Assembly: GCF_006345805.1 (NCBI RefSeq)
Contig: NC_043023.1
Span: forward strand, 14,260,001-14,324,000
Length of the DNA: 64,000 nucleotides
Source: Octopus sinensis
Taxonomy: Eukaryota
Reading direction: 5' to 3'
Shown one piece after another: positions 12,667 through 26,220 of this stretch. The stretch's first letter is position 1; every line of letters begins with the position of its first letter. The notes under the pieces were generated by a model, which saw nothing but the letters and a program-made list of their open reading frames with translations, did not search any database and was not told the origin of the DNA. A program made the position numbers and the translations under genes.

Positions 12667-15434
12667 TTAAGGCAACCTGTCTAAGAAAATGGCTACTCAT
12701 GAAACCTAGAGGTAAACCAAAGAAATGTGTAAAAGCTGATACAGAGTAAAGAGTCTAGATTAGTTCTTCCATGTCTATCTAGTGCTGCTTGATAAATAAA
12801 ATGCACCCAGCCCATAGCAAAATACATGTTATGCTGAAACAGATACAGGCGGTTGTGCCAGGCTGGAAAAGCCAAACTGAAGAAAGAGGTCTAGTTTTTA
12901 TGCAGGATTTTTTTTTTTATTACTCCTGTAGTTTCAGCTCAGAACTGCGGCCATGCTGATGCACCGCTGTTGGGAAACTTTCTGATGCTAACCCCACAAT
13001 ATAAAATATTTTTTTAAATGTCCCTATACGAATTAGCCCTTTAATACCGACACAACTGAGATCTTAATTCTCTGATGCAAAACTTCCAGGGTTTCGTTAC
13101 CAACCCGACTGAAACCGCCTCTGGCTCTGTGGTACAAATGTCTTGTTTTCATAAGTTTTGAATTAAAATCTTCCACCAAACCTTAGTCACAATTTATGTT
13201 CCTAACACTAGCTGAATGATAACTAAGTTATTTTACTAAATTCTTTGTTATATTTAAAGTAAATGAAAGAAACACAGAGCATCTCAACAGAAATACAGTA
13301 ATGAAAGGGTTAAAGTCACTATGATATTTTTAGCCCTTTTAATATCAACCCAGCTGAAATGCCTCTGGCTCTGTAGTACAAATGCCTTGTTTTCAAAAGT
13401 TTTGAATTAAAATCTTCCACCAAACCTTAGCCACAATTTATGCTCCTAACACTAGCTGAATGATAACTGTTATTTTAGTAATTTCTTCATTATATTCAAA
13501 GTAATTCAAAGAAACACAGAGCTTCTCAAAATAAATACAGTAATGAAAGGGTTAAAGATATCCATGTCAAAACTTTCCATCAAAATTCAATAACTTATGT
13601 TCCAAACTCCAACTTAATAACAGAATTATTTAAACAAATTTTTCACTTTTTTGAAAATTGATTGAAACAAAGCAATGTATTTCAACAGAAATATGCTAAC
13701 AAAAAGGTCAAAGTGAGCTAAATTAAAACCATCCATTCAAAATTTCAAGATAACTTATGTTCCAAATGCCAGCTTGATAACGACAAAACTGTTTTACTAA
13801 ATTATTCATTTTCAAAATTCAATACACAAAGGCAGTGTACTCAATAGAAATATGGTAAAACTATAAATAAATAAAAGAGAAAATAAAGCGACCTAAACTA
13901 GAACCTTCCATTGAAATTTCAAGCTAATTTATGTTCCAAACAGTAAATAAATAATGATAAAGTTATTTTACTAAATCCTTCATTATTCTCTAAAATTAAT
14001 TGGAACAAAGTCAAGTGCATTTCAAAAGAAATATGGTAACAAAAGGGTTAAAGTGATCTAAAAACCTTCCATCAAAAATTTCATGTTATGTCCCAAACAC
14101 CAATTTAATGAAAAAGTTATTTTACTAAATTCATTAGTTTCAAATTGAAACAAAGATAGTACAGTTCAATAGAAATATGGTAACAAAAGGGTTAAAGTGA
14201 TCTGAATTGAAACCTGCAGTTTAATTTTGAAAAGAATGAATTTAGTAAAATTAATTTTTCGTTAAGACGTTTGTTAGAACAAATTAACTTGAAATTTTGA
14301 CAAGTTTTTAATCAGCACAACAGTAGGCACAGGAGTGACTGTGTGGTAAGTAGCTTGCTCGGTCCCGGGTTCAATCCCACTGCATGGCACCTTGGGCAAG
14401 CGTCTTCTACTATAGCCTCGGGCCCACCAAAGCCTTGTGAGTAGATATGGTAGACAGAAACTGAAAGAAGCCTGTCGTGTGTGTATATATGTTTGTGTGT
14501 CTGTGTTTGTCCCTCTAGCATCGCTTGACAACTGATGCTAGTGTGTTTACGTCCCCGTAACTTAGCAGTTCGGCAAAAGCGACCGATAGAATAAGAACTA
14601 GGCTTACAAAGAATAAGCTCTGGGGGCGATTTGCTCGACTATAAAGGCAGTGCTCCAGTATGGCTGCAGTCAAATGACTGAAACAAGTAAAAGAGTACAA
14701 CTAAGACAAAATTTTTATCACAGCCCCAGGTAGATTGGCATCAAAAAAGTTAAACTCTACATAAAGTAAGAAAACTAGATAGTCTAAGACAATTCAATTT
14801 ATGCTATAACACAACCCTTTTAATTCTAAAATCTAGTCCAGGCTATAAATCTACCATATAGACAAGCTGTTTACAGAGACAGAACCATCCTCAGAAAGAA
14901 GCTTAACCCAAATTGACATTAACCCTTTCGTTACTTTATTTATTTTGAGATGCTCTCTGTTTTTTTCAATTACTTTAAATATAACAAAGAATCTTTAAAT
15001 ATAACAAAGATAGAGTAATCTGAACGCTAACGGGTTAACCGATTTTCGAACCTTATTGACCTCTCATCAGGTGTCTACATCACTTATCCAACACCATAAG
15101 ATATAAGTAGCCAAGCTGTTCATATACACAACCAAATCCAGCAGCTACACAAAGCTGGAGTGACTGATTTGCATACCACAAGTATTTACTCTATCATTTG
15201 AGGCCTATCAATACAGATCCGAATTTAGACAGTACCAAGGTGTGATATGTGTATGTATAAACCTTTGCAGTAGACATACACACATACAAACCTCATGTAA
15301 CATAATTAAACACACAAAGGAGATAATATACCAAATTATATACGTATATCACCATATATAAATTACATATGGATATCAATATATATATGCATACACACAC
15401 ACACTCAATACATAATACATTACTAAATATGAAA

Positions 15435-15472
15435 ATAAATAAGCAAGACAACACAGAGCTTATATCTTTATT
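15435..15472 (-). terminator. Candidate polyadenylation site of the short RBBP6 isoform
   Basis: AATAAA on the minus strand (15467-15472), followed by tgtgttgtcttgcttatttattttc (GU/U-rich downstream element). Confidence 0.4.
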
Positions 15473-15764
15473 TAAAACAAATATATTTATATACAGAGTT
15501 CAGTATGATGAGGTTAGAATAGATATATATATATTTATATACACACAGTAGAAAAATAAAATATTTTCTCATACAAAACAAAGACGTTGGAAGAATAGGG
15601 GTAGTAGAGTAGAAATAAATAAAAAGGAATTGGCATGTAACTTAGAATAGAAAACACAATGCCAACCATGACAAGCGACCCTGTAACCAAGTGATGTTTG
15701 GTTCAATCCCCAACGGGAGGACCTGAAAGTGTTTACTCCAAAGCTGCTATATACTAAATACAGC

Positions 15765-15770
15765 AGAGAG

Positions 15771-15841
<71 letters not shown>

Positions 15842-15866
15842 TGTGTGAGTGTGTGTGTGTGTGTGT

Positions 15867-15915
<49 letters not shown>

Positions 15916-15980
15916 TGGTGTGTGTGTGTGTGTGTGTGTGGTGTTGTGTGTGGGTGTGTTGTGTGTGTGTTGTGTGGTGT

Positions 15981-16019
<39 letters not shown>

Positions 16020-16054
16020 TGTGTGTGTGTGTGTGGTGTGTGTGGTGTGTGTGT

Positions 16055-16125
<71 letters not shown>

Positions 16126-16132
16126 TGGTGTG

Positions 16133-16218
<86 letters not shown>
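15765..16218. repeat. (GA)n followed by long (GT)n microsatellite
   Basis: Directly visible. Confidence 0.98.
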
Positions 16219-16220
<2 letters not shown>

Positions 16221-17368
16221 TGGACACTGGACCTCACTGAAGAAATGACAAGGGAATGGGAGATGTGGCAATTTGCTACACTTGATAAGACATCAAGTGT
16301 AGCTAAGTAAAATCAGTCTTTCACACATACAGGCTTGTCTTTTCAGGCGTTGTTGGTGCCACACCACATAAAAACCACCCATGCAGTGCTGCATTAATGC
16401 ACCTGTGCTGATGGCATGTAAAAGGCACCCAGCACACACTGCTATGTGGTGGGCATTAGGAAGAGCATCCAGCCATACAGATCATGCCACAACAAATAGT
16501 TGGAGTTTGGACTGCTCCATGCCAGCATGGAGAGCAGATGTTAAATGATGATATATATACACACATGCATACTCATGGATGGTCTGTAAGGTATTGTGCT
16601 AAGCCTCATGGGACCTAAAATTTTAGGTTGTGCAATCACCAGTATGCCTAGTTGAATAGGAGGAGGGCATCATGTTGAGCATGGAAGCCAACTGTGGGTG
16701 CAAATAACCTCATACATGGGCACTACCAAACATTTTCTTTGTGCTATGGTCAGTGATGGTCATCCTCAGACACAAGCTGAGCACCTGCATGCATGCATGT
16801 ACATTTTTTTTTTTGTGGGTTAACCAGGCTACCATAGGTTTCATGTTGAGAGATTTCAACAATGGGCCAAGAGGAGCAGCAATATGCTACCCAATTAGTA
16901 CTGAAGTGTGTTGGTCATAACCAAAACACTAGCTTAGCCAACCAGATATAAAGAATTGAAAGAGTACCCAGTTAGCAGCAAAGTACCCAGTTAGCAGCAA
17001 AGTACCCAGCTGACCATAGCAATGGCTCCATCAACTAGATATAAACAAGTACAGTAGAGTAGAGCTGTAGTAATGCCAAAGAAAAACTATGGGGATCAGT
17101 GGGGCTGGCACAAGAGAAAAATATATGCACAGGGAGCCAATCTGTCCCAAATAAAAGTAAGAAAATCCTTCATGCAAAGACAGATGAAGGATTAGGTTGC
17201 CTCAGGTGGACACATGCATACATACACAGAAGAGATAGGAGTCATGTGAGGGCCAGCTAGCTCATTTACACACACAGAGAAAGCAATTCAACACACAGGT
17301 AAACCAACGAGGAAGGCTCTGTATGGTTTTGTGTGGCCTGTTACAAATAGTAGCTAAATCCACTTGGA

Positions 17369-17375
17369 CTACAGC
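17369..17375 (-). CDS. RBBP6: Coding start of a probable alternative last exon (ends ...RL*), giving a DWNN-only isoform
   Basis: T-rich tract ending ttaaattgcAG|GCTGTAG. The phase-2 join gives R-L-stop. A minus-strand AATAAA with a GU-rich element lies about 1.9 kb downstream. Confidence 0.5.
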
Positions 17376-18120
17376 CTGCAATTTAATAACACAAAAAAAA
17401 AAAAAAAAAAAAAAAAGGAAGTGTCTGGAAAAAAAAAAAGAGCTGAGGTGGTCATGGTTAGAGTGACCTTGACCACAGGTCTGCTTGATCAGGGTTGACT
17501 TGGCGGTAAACAACAACACACTTGAGGACATTGAGAGGGACATTGTGTGCATGGAAGACAGCTTCCATCTTTGCAAACAAGCCAATTCAAAGACATATTT
17601 ATATATAAATATATATATATTCACACACAAAAAAATTATAATTTAGGAGTACAATCATTGGCTGTCATTAAGACAGGTGTTAAAAAAAAATATAATTTTT
17701 TTTCTTTTATTATTAATCAAACTCTTACAATATTTCCTGCAAGAGACACAAAACACCCCCAAAAATAAATTTTAAAAATTAAGATAATACATCACCCCCT
17801 TCAATTTCCTGAATTCTCCCAAAATTAATTAGAATTTTAAAATTAACTAAAACACAGGCTTTTTGGGGGTTTATTACTAATTATTTGTAGAACAGTGTCT
17901 TGAGCAAATCCTGAGAGTGGGCCTCATGGTTATACTGGCCACACACAGAATACAGTAATTTAAATTTAGCAATCCTGGGTGGAATTCTGCTTCAAACACC
18001 CTATCTTTTGCATTTTGGAATTTTCAGAAAATTTTAGCAAATTTCTTTTTTACAGATGGGAATTCACAACTATGAAAAAAAATTTCAATTTTTTTCAATC
18101 TCTTAATTAAAAAAATTTTT

Positions 18121-18330
18121 TTAACCCTTTAGCATTTTATCCAGCCAAAAGTATTCTACCTGTTTTATGTTCAAACTGGTCTCTCACACCAGCCCTACAA
18201 TATCGTTTTAAAAATTAACAGCTACATCATCAAAATCTCATAACTACAAGACAATGCCTGATTAGTTCAAGGCAATGTGGATAAAAAAGGATTAATTTTG
18301 GCAGAATAATGTGAACACTAAAGGGTTAAA
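18121..18330. mobile_element. Second piggyBac-like MITE family (representative copy)
   Basis: TTAA|CCCTTTAGCAT...CTAAAGGG|TTAA. Related copies at about 5396-5613, 18918-19140 and 32955-33180, and as a decayed tandem run at 5615-6665. Confidence 0.7.
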
Positions 18331-18847
18331 CTCTTCGTAAAAATCTGGACAGTCCAAATTTTTGGCTTAAATCCCAATGGACCATTAAATGTGCTTATGG
18401 CAAGAAAGATATTGAAAAAATTCAAAACATCAAACTGACAGAGGACAGTATAAGATGGTCATGAGATGTGTTAAAAACAACAGCTCAATGTACCTTAATC
18501 ACAATTTTTTTGGGGGGGTTGTTGACTAATCATGTAAATTCCTGTATATAAAACACAAATTTGCAAGAAATTTCTGAAAAAAATTCCCAAACCAAAAAGT
18601 TACAAGGAGTTATAATAGGGGTCCTTAAAGCAAAATTCCACCCAGGAAAGGATGATCTCAGTGGGATTTGAACTCAAAACATAAAAGGGCTGTTTGTTCC
18701 TAAAAACTGCAACATGACATTCATCCTGTTGTTGGTTCTGCCACTTGCAGACTCCAACAATTAAGATGAAGACTGGGTATTTGAATTCACAAATTGCAGT
18801 CTGCTATTTTTTTTTTTGCCCCCCTTTTTTTTTTAATATTTCCTCAC

Positions 18848-18864
18848 CTCTGTTCTACCAGAAT
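18848..18864 (-). CDS. RBBP6: RBBP6 probable 17-nt microexon
   Basis: Branch-point-like ccCTAAT, acceptor tttgtcttcAG and donor GAG|GTGAGG. Reads ILVEQ plus AG in phase 0 after exon 3. Confidence 0.6.
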
Positions 18865-19422
18865 CTGAAGACAAAATTAGGGAGTGCTGATCATCCCAAT
18901 CAACCCTGGTCATTTCCTTAACCCTTTAGCATTTAAACCAACCATGTCCAGCCCAAACATTCAACCATTTCTATGATCGGGCCAACCAGATCAGGCCTCT
19001 CACACCTCCCCGACAATGCAGTTCTGAAACTAATCCTGCTGACATTTTTGAAGCTATCAAATAATGCAGGATTAATTCAAAACAATGAATGAATAAGCAT
19101 TACACACTCGGTAGAGAAATCTATATGCCAAAGGGTCAACAAACAACCCTTTCCTTGTTCCACCCCAACCTCATAAAAAAAAAAAAAAAACCTTCTGAAT
19201 CACAAATTAAAAAAATAAATATCCCCATCAGTGACATCACATATACAAAGGGTCAGAAATGTTGACCCTTGAAAACACAAATATTTAAACAAAAGCAAAT
19301 GATGTATGTATACATACATACACACACATACGTATACACATATGTATACACATATGTATACACATATGTATGTATGTATATATATACACACACATACGTA
19401 TACACATATGTATACATGTATG

Positions 19423-19453
<31 letters not shown>

Positions 19454-19754
19454 GCATATGTATACATATATATATATATATATGTATTGCATAAAGAGCA
19501 ATGATATAAAAATATTGCAGACGCGCGTGCACTCAAATCTCTCGTACACACAGAAACACACATGCGCACGCGCGCGCTTGCCATTTTAAAGGCTACATTT
19601 TTTCGACCAAATGACTTTTGATCATTGACTGAGGGGGGTTTTTTTTGCGATGTTGACCGCTAAGAAACGGGGCTAACAACACGCATCGATTAACCCCAAC
19701 TTATTTTTTTGGTTTGTTAACGGTGCAAAAATGGAAAAAAATCAAAATACATAC

Positions 19755-19785
19755 ACTTTTTCGGTAGTCATCACTTCGTGGTAGC
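19755..19785 (-). CDS. RBBP6: RBBP6 probable exon 3 (31 nt)
   Basis: Long polypyrimidine tract tcttcctctttttttcctcttctttccctAG and GTATGT donor. Open in the phase left by exon 2: (W)LPRSDDYRKS. Support is from splice signals and frame, not recognised homology. Confidence 0.72.
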
Positions 19786-19993
19786 CTAGGGAAAGAAGAG
19801 GAAAAAAAAGAGGAAGACTATGTAAAAAGAACAATCTGAGAACAAAATCTTTCTAGAATGTCGAAGGGTTCATAAATTTAATGTAGAAAGGGACTAACTA
19901 AACAAGCAGCAGGACTTGCTGTCACTACACGCCACTAACTGATACACAGAAAATGCAGGAAATCAAAAACACACAATTATGCAAAATTCTGTT

Positions 19994-20388
19994 CTATATT
20001 TAAGAGATGAGGAATTATGTACATTATTTACATTTGATGGATATTTGTCCTCATCTTGTTTCTTGTTAACACGTTTCGACTGATATACCCAGCAGCCTTC
20101 ATCAGGTGCCTTGGATAAATTTCGAACCTGGGTTCTCACTCCTAAGGTATTTTTTCAATGTAATTAACCATTACGTCATATGCCCGTGTGCATATGGTGT
20201 AGTGGTTAAGAGTGCAGGCTACTAAACCCAAGATTCCAAGTTTGATTCCAAGCAGTGACCTGAACAATAATAATAATATCGAAAAATACCTTAGGAATGA
20301 GAACTAGGTTCGTAATTTCCCCAAGACACCTGAAGAAACATGTTAACAACAAACAAGATGAGGACAAATATCTGTCGAATGTAAATAA
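19994..20388. mobile_element. Element with inverted Penelope-like terminal repeats around a tRNA-like head
   Basis: Arms at about 20023-20158 and 20278-20388. 16-bp flanking direct repeat TATGCAAAATTCTGTT. Decayed CTGATGA..GAAAC motif at 20071-20108 (minus). Confidence 0.7.
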
Positions 20389-21211
20389 TATGCAAAATTC
20401 TGTTGTACACAACAGACAAGGATTCTTGCAGAACAATCTCCATAGACAGGTTCTTTAGTGACCAAATGTTTTTGCCATATATTAGCTCATTCCTACCATC
20501 AAACTGACATTGCCTATATACCTCTCACTATCTATATGTATGTAAAATAGAAGCACCAGCCCTCACTAAACCACAACTGCCCACTACATAATGCCTTAAA
20601 TATATATCTCATGTTCTCACAATACAACCACCACAAACTTGCTATACTAAACCAAGTATCAGCCCTCATTACACCTCAACTACACAAATCCTCGCAATAC
20701 AAGGCTTTTATATATCCCTTGTCTTCTCAATACTATCACCACACAGGTCCTAAAGTTCACCAGTACACAAACCCATACTATATTGCCACAGGCACCAGCC
20801 CTCACTACACTGCAACCACAAAAACCTCGCCACACCCCTGCAACAGAATGCTCTTAAATATGTTCTCACAACACTAAAATTTTCATTCCAACACAAGCCC
20901 TTGGCATACCACTGCATAAGCCTTCACTTCACCACCACATAATAGCCAACTTCAACGCACAAGCCCTTGAAAAACCGCCACTACACAAAGCCCTCAAATG
21001 TATATATATATATATATATCCCATTTTCTTACAATACAATCCCACAAAGGTACTCACCCTCAACAATACAAACAAAACCTTCACAACACCACTACAACAA
21101 TGCCCTTAAATGTACACCCAATGTCCTCACAGCACTACAGTCCTCACTTTAACACCACAAACCCTTGGCATGCCACCACAACCACCAAACAATATTCTTA
21201 AATATACACAC

Positions 21212-21308
21212 CATGTTCTCATTTGTGACCGTTGTGGCTCGTTCACTGGAACTCTGGTAACAATGACAGACGCATTCTTCGGTATGAGATCATCATCACA
21301 AACGTAAC
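21212..21308 (-). CDS. RBBP6: RBBP6 coding exon 2 (C-terminal part of DWNN)
   Basis: Acceptor ttcgttttctttaacAG. In frame with exon 1 it reads (R)YVCDDDLIPKNASVIVTRVPVNEPQRSQMRT, versus human EYTDDNALIPKNSSVIVRRIP. Donor TG|GTGTGT at 21211; 97 nt, phase 2. Confidence 0.93.
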
Positions 21309-23239
21309 CTGTTAAAGAAAACGAAGACACAAATTAGTCCATTAGAAAGAACAAATTAAACTGGGTCTTAATTATTAACTATCAACTAGCCCAGCTTTTA
21401 ACCCTTGTGATATCAATCCGTCTGATGATGTCTCTGTTTATACATCACAAGCTATGTTTGACCCTTTACCATTTAAACCAGCCATATCCAGCCAAAATAT
21501 TCTACGGGTTCATTCCCACTGCGTGGCACCTTGGGCAAGTGTCTTCTATTATAGCCCCAGGCTGACCAAAGCCTTGTGAGTGAATTTGGTAGACGGAAAC
21601 TGAAAGAAGCCCATCGTATATATGTGTGTATGTGTGTGTGTGTATACGTTTGTGTTGTTTGTCCCCCAACCAATGGTGGTGTGTTTACGCCCCGTAACTT
21701 AGTGGTTCAGCAAAAGAACCAACAGAATAAGTACTAGGCTTACAAAGAATAAGTCCTGGGATCAATTTGCTCGACTAAAGGCGGTGCTCCAGCATGGCCG
21801 CAGTCAAATGACAAACAAGTAAAAAGATTATGCTTTATATTCAAACTACCCTCACACCTATTCTACAATGTTCTAAAAATTAGCAGTCATCTCATAAAAT
21901 TCTGAAAGCTATAGGACAATACATGATTAATTCAAAACAATGTGAATAGATAAGCATTACATTCAACAGAATAATCTGAACATTAAAGGTTAAAAGTGAT
22001 CTAAATAAAAATTTCAAAATTATTTGAGTAAATGTCATTATTAAGCTGGTATTTGGAACAAACTAAAATAAAATTTTGATGGAATGTTTAAATTTAGATC
22101 ACTTTAATCCCTTTGTTACCATATTTCTATTGAAATACACTGCCTTTCATCATCATCGTTTAACGTCCGCTTTCCATGCTAGCATGGGTTGGCCGATTTG
22201 ACTGAGATCTGGTGAACCAGATGGCTGCACCAGGCTCCAATCTGATCTGGCAGAGTTTCTACAGCTGGATGCCCTTCCTAACGCCAAACACACCGAAAGT
22301 GTAGTGGGTGCTTTTTACATGCCACCGGCACGAGGACCAGTCAGGCAGTACTGGCAGCGGCTACGCTCAAATGGTGTTCTTTACATAAAACCTGCACAGG
22401 AGCCAGTCCAGTGGCACTGGCAACGACTCGCTCGAATGTTGTTTTTCACGTGCCACCGGCACAAATGCTAGTAAAGCGACGCTGGTAAAGATCGTGCTTT
22501 ATTCTTTGTAAATCTAGTACTTATTCTATCGGTCTCTTTTGCCGAACTTTACAGGGACATAAACACACCAGCATCAGCTGTCAAGCAATGGTGGAGAGGA
22601 CAAACACACATATATATACGACAGGCTTCTTTCAGTTTCCGTCTACCAAATCCACTCACAAGGCTTTGGCCGGCCCAAGGCTATAGTAGAAGACACTTGC
22701 CCAAGGTGCCACACAGTGGGACTGAACCCGAAACCATGTGGCTGGTAAGCAAGCTATTTACCACACAGCCACTCCTACCTTCTTTATTCTCTAAAATTAA
22801 CTGAAACAAAGGCAGTGTATTTCAACAGAAACATGGTAACAAAAGGGTTAAAGTGATCTAGATTAAAACCTTCCATAAAAATTTCAATGAACAAATACAC
22901 AAATGTAAAATATACAGGGGTGAAAGGATCTCAATTTCTTTGAACTAAATTTAAACCCAGGCAGTATGGGCTCCCAAAGGGATAACCAAATAATTATGCC
23001 AGGGAATGCAGAAGTAACAATAGTCATAATTATGTCAGCATATGGAGACATACGTAGGATGTTATTACATACAGATGTACCACATGCTGTGTGTCTGTAT
23101 CTTATTAAATGCACACATGAACATGTATAATGGCATATATTTCGTGTTTGTATTACTAGGATAATGAACTTCTCAAGACACAATATACACAAACATCTCA
23201 AAAGTAAAGAGGCAACTCTTTATATACCCATGTGTGTGT

Positions 23240-24150
23240 GTATCATCATCATCGTTTAACGTCTGCTTTCCATGCTGGCATGGGTTGGATGGTTTGACTG
23301 AGGACTGGCGAGCCAGATGGCTGCACCAGGCTCCAGTCTTGATCTGGCAGAGTTTCTACAGCTGGATCCCTTCCTAACGCCAACCACTCCGAGGGTAACA
23401 ATCTATCATAATTATATATATATCATTATACATCATCATCGTTTAACATCTACTTTCCATGCTGGCATGGGTTGGATGGTTTGACTGAGGACTGGCGAGC
23501 CAGATGGCTGCACCAGGCTCCAATCTTGATCTGGCAGAGTTTCTACAGCTGGATCCCCTTCCTAACGCCAACCACTCCGAGGGTAACAATCTATCATAAT
23601 TATATATATATCATTATACATCATCATCGTTTAACATCTACTTTCCATGCTGGCATGGGTTGGATGGTTTGACTGAGGACTGGCGAGCCAGATGGCTGCA
23701 CCAGGCTCCAATCTTGATCTGGCAGAGTTTCTACAGCTGGATCCCCTTCCTAACGCCAACCACTCCGAGGGTAACAATCTATCATAATTATATATATATC
23801 ATTATACATCATCATCGTTTAACATCTACTTTCCATGCTGGCATGGGTTGGATGGTTTGACTGAGGACTGGCGAGCCAGATGGCTGCACCAGGCTCCAAT
23901 CTTGATCTGGCAGAGTTTCTACAGCTGGATCCCCTTCCTAACGCCAACCACTCCGAGGGTAACAATCTATCATAATTATATATATATCATTATACATCAT
24001 CATCGTTTAACATCTACTTTCCATGCTGGCATGGGTTGGACGGTTTGACTGAGGACTGGCAAACCAGATGGCTGCACCAGGCTCCAGTCTTGACCTGGCA
24101 GAGTTTCTACAGGTGGATGCCCTTCCTAACGCCAACCACTCCGAGAGTGT
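23240..24150. repeat. 188-bp tandem repeat (about 4.7 units) made from an RTE 3' end plus flank
   Basis: Near-identical units; pseudo-ORFs recur at 23472, 23660 and 23848. Confidence 0.95.
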
Positions 24151-25084
24151 AGTGGGTGCTTTTACGTGCCACCGGCACAAGGGCCAGTCAGGCGGTACTG
24201 GCAACAACCTCGCTTGAATGGTGTTCTTTACATGAAACCTGCACAGGAGCCAGTCCAGTGGCACTAGCAACGACCTCGCTCGAATGTTGTTTTTCACGTG
24301 CCACCGGCACAAATGCTAGCAAGGCGACGCTGGTAAAGATCGTACTTGAATAGTGCTTTTTACATGCCACCGGCACAGGGGCCAATCAGCGGCCCTGGCA
24401 GTATGTATGTGTGGGTGTACACACAAACACACATTATGCACGTATATATATATATTATATGCTTGTGTTTGTATAAGTGTGTAGGAATAAATATATATCA
24501 GAGGATGTATAAAAGTGTGTGTGTGTGCGTGTGTGTGTGTGTCAATGACCTCTGCATATTCAAAGTTGTTTATTTAAAACAAAACAAATTCAATGAATGT
24601 CTTAATGCTTTCTGTGAGAATAAATGACACAGACAAGCAACTGCAGCTGCTTATACTACTACTACCATCACCACTCCTATCATACTAATGGTATGTTCTC
24701 TTGGGCTTTCAATTTCAGTTTTGACTAAAAGATGAACTTTCATACATTCTCTATACATAAATATTCATGCACACAAACACACACATACATAAATATATAT
24801 ATGTATATATATATATAATAAACCTATACATAAATAAATAACATGAAATACACGAAGGGACGAACAAAAAGACAAATGGGTCATTCAAAGCCTTCATTCT
24901 TCAGTCTGAAACTGATCCCTCATCGCAGATTTCGGCTGTTTAATTCTGAGATCCGCTCTGAATCAGCTAGCCACAGAAGGAAAGAATGCAACGCAACAGA
25001 GACGAACATGAAACGAAAAATCTTTTTTGGAGACAATAACGGTTAAAAACATGGATGACACAGGCGCCATGCAGATAAGCATAT

Positions 25085-26220
25085 ACACACACGTATCTAT
25101 GTAGATAGATATATACACACACACACACATATCTATGTAGATAGATATATATATACACACACACGTATCTATGTAGATAGATATATATACACACACATAT
25201 CTATGTAGATAGATATATATACACACATATCTATGTAGATAGATATATATACACACACGTATCTATGTAGATAGATATATATACACACACATATCTATGT
25301 AGATAGATATATATATACACACATATCTATGTAGATAGATATATATACACACACGTATCTATGTAGATAGATATATATACACACACATATCTATGTAGAT
25401 AGATATATACACACACATCTATGTAGATAGATATATATACACACGTATCTATGTAGATAGATATATATACACACGTATCTATGTAGATAGATATATATAT
25501 ACACACACACACATATCTATGTAGATAGATATATATACACACACATATCTATGTAGATAGATATATATACACACACATATCTATGTAGATAGATATATAT
25601 ACACACACATATCTATGTAGATAGATATATATACACACACATATCTATGTAGATAGATATATATACACACACATATCTATGTAGATGATATATATATATA
25701 TACACACACATATCTATGTAGATAGATATATATACACACACATATCTATGTAGATAGATATATATACACACACATATCTATGTAGATAGATATATATATA
25801 TACATATACACATATCTATGTAGATAGATATATATATACATATACACACACATATCTATATAGATAGATATATATATATATATACATATACACACATATC
25901 TATATAGATAGATATATATATATACATACCTATACACTCACACACATATCTAGATAGATATATATATATACATATATACTCACACACATATCTAGATAGA
26001 TATATATATATATATATATACTCACACATATCTATGTAGATAGATATATATACATATACACACATTTATATAGATACATATATATATATACATACATATA
26101 CACACATATCTATATAGATATATATATACATACATATACACTCACAGACATATCTAGATAGATATATATATATATATATATATACATATACACACACACA
26201 CATATCTATGTAGATATATA
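25085..26220. repeat. Minisatellite of about 30-34 bp (ATCTATGTAGATAG-(AT)n-(AC)n)
   Basis: More than 25 consecutive units with variable dinucleotide runs. Confidence 0.95.

Noticed and set aside
15036-15073. Minus-strand CTGATGA...GAAA motif
   Set aside because: Stems I and III do not pair; decayed or chance.
20187-20259. tRNA gene (also the heads at 44212 and 51981)
   Set aside because: A and B boxes are present but the cloverleaf stems are broken and each continues into a repeat body; these are SINE-type heads.
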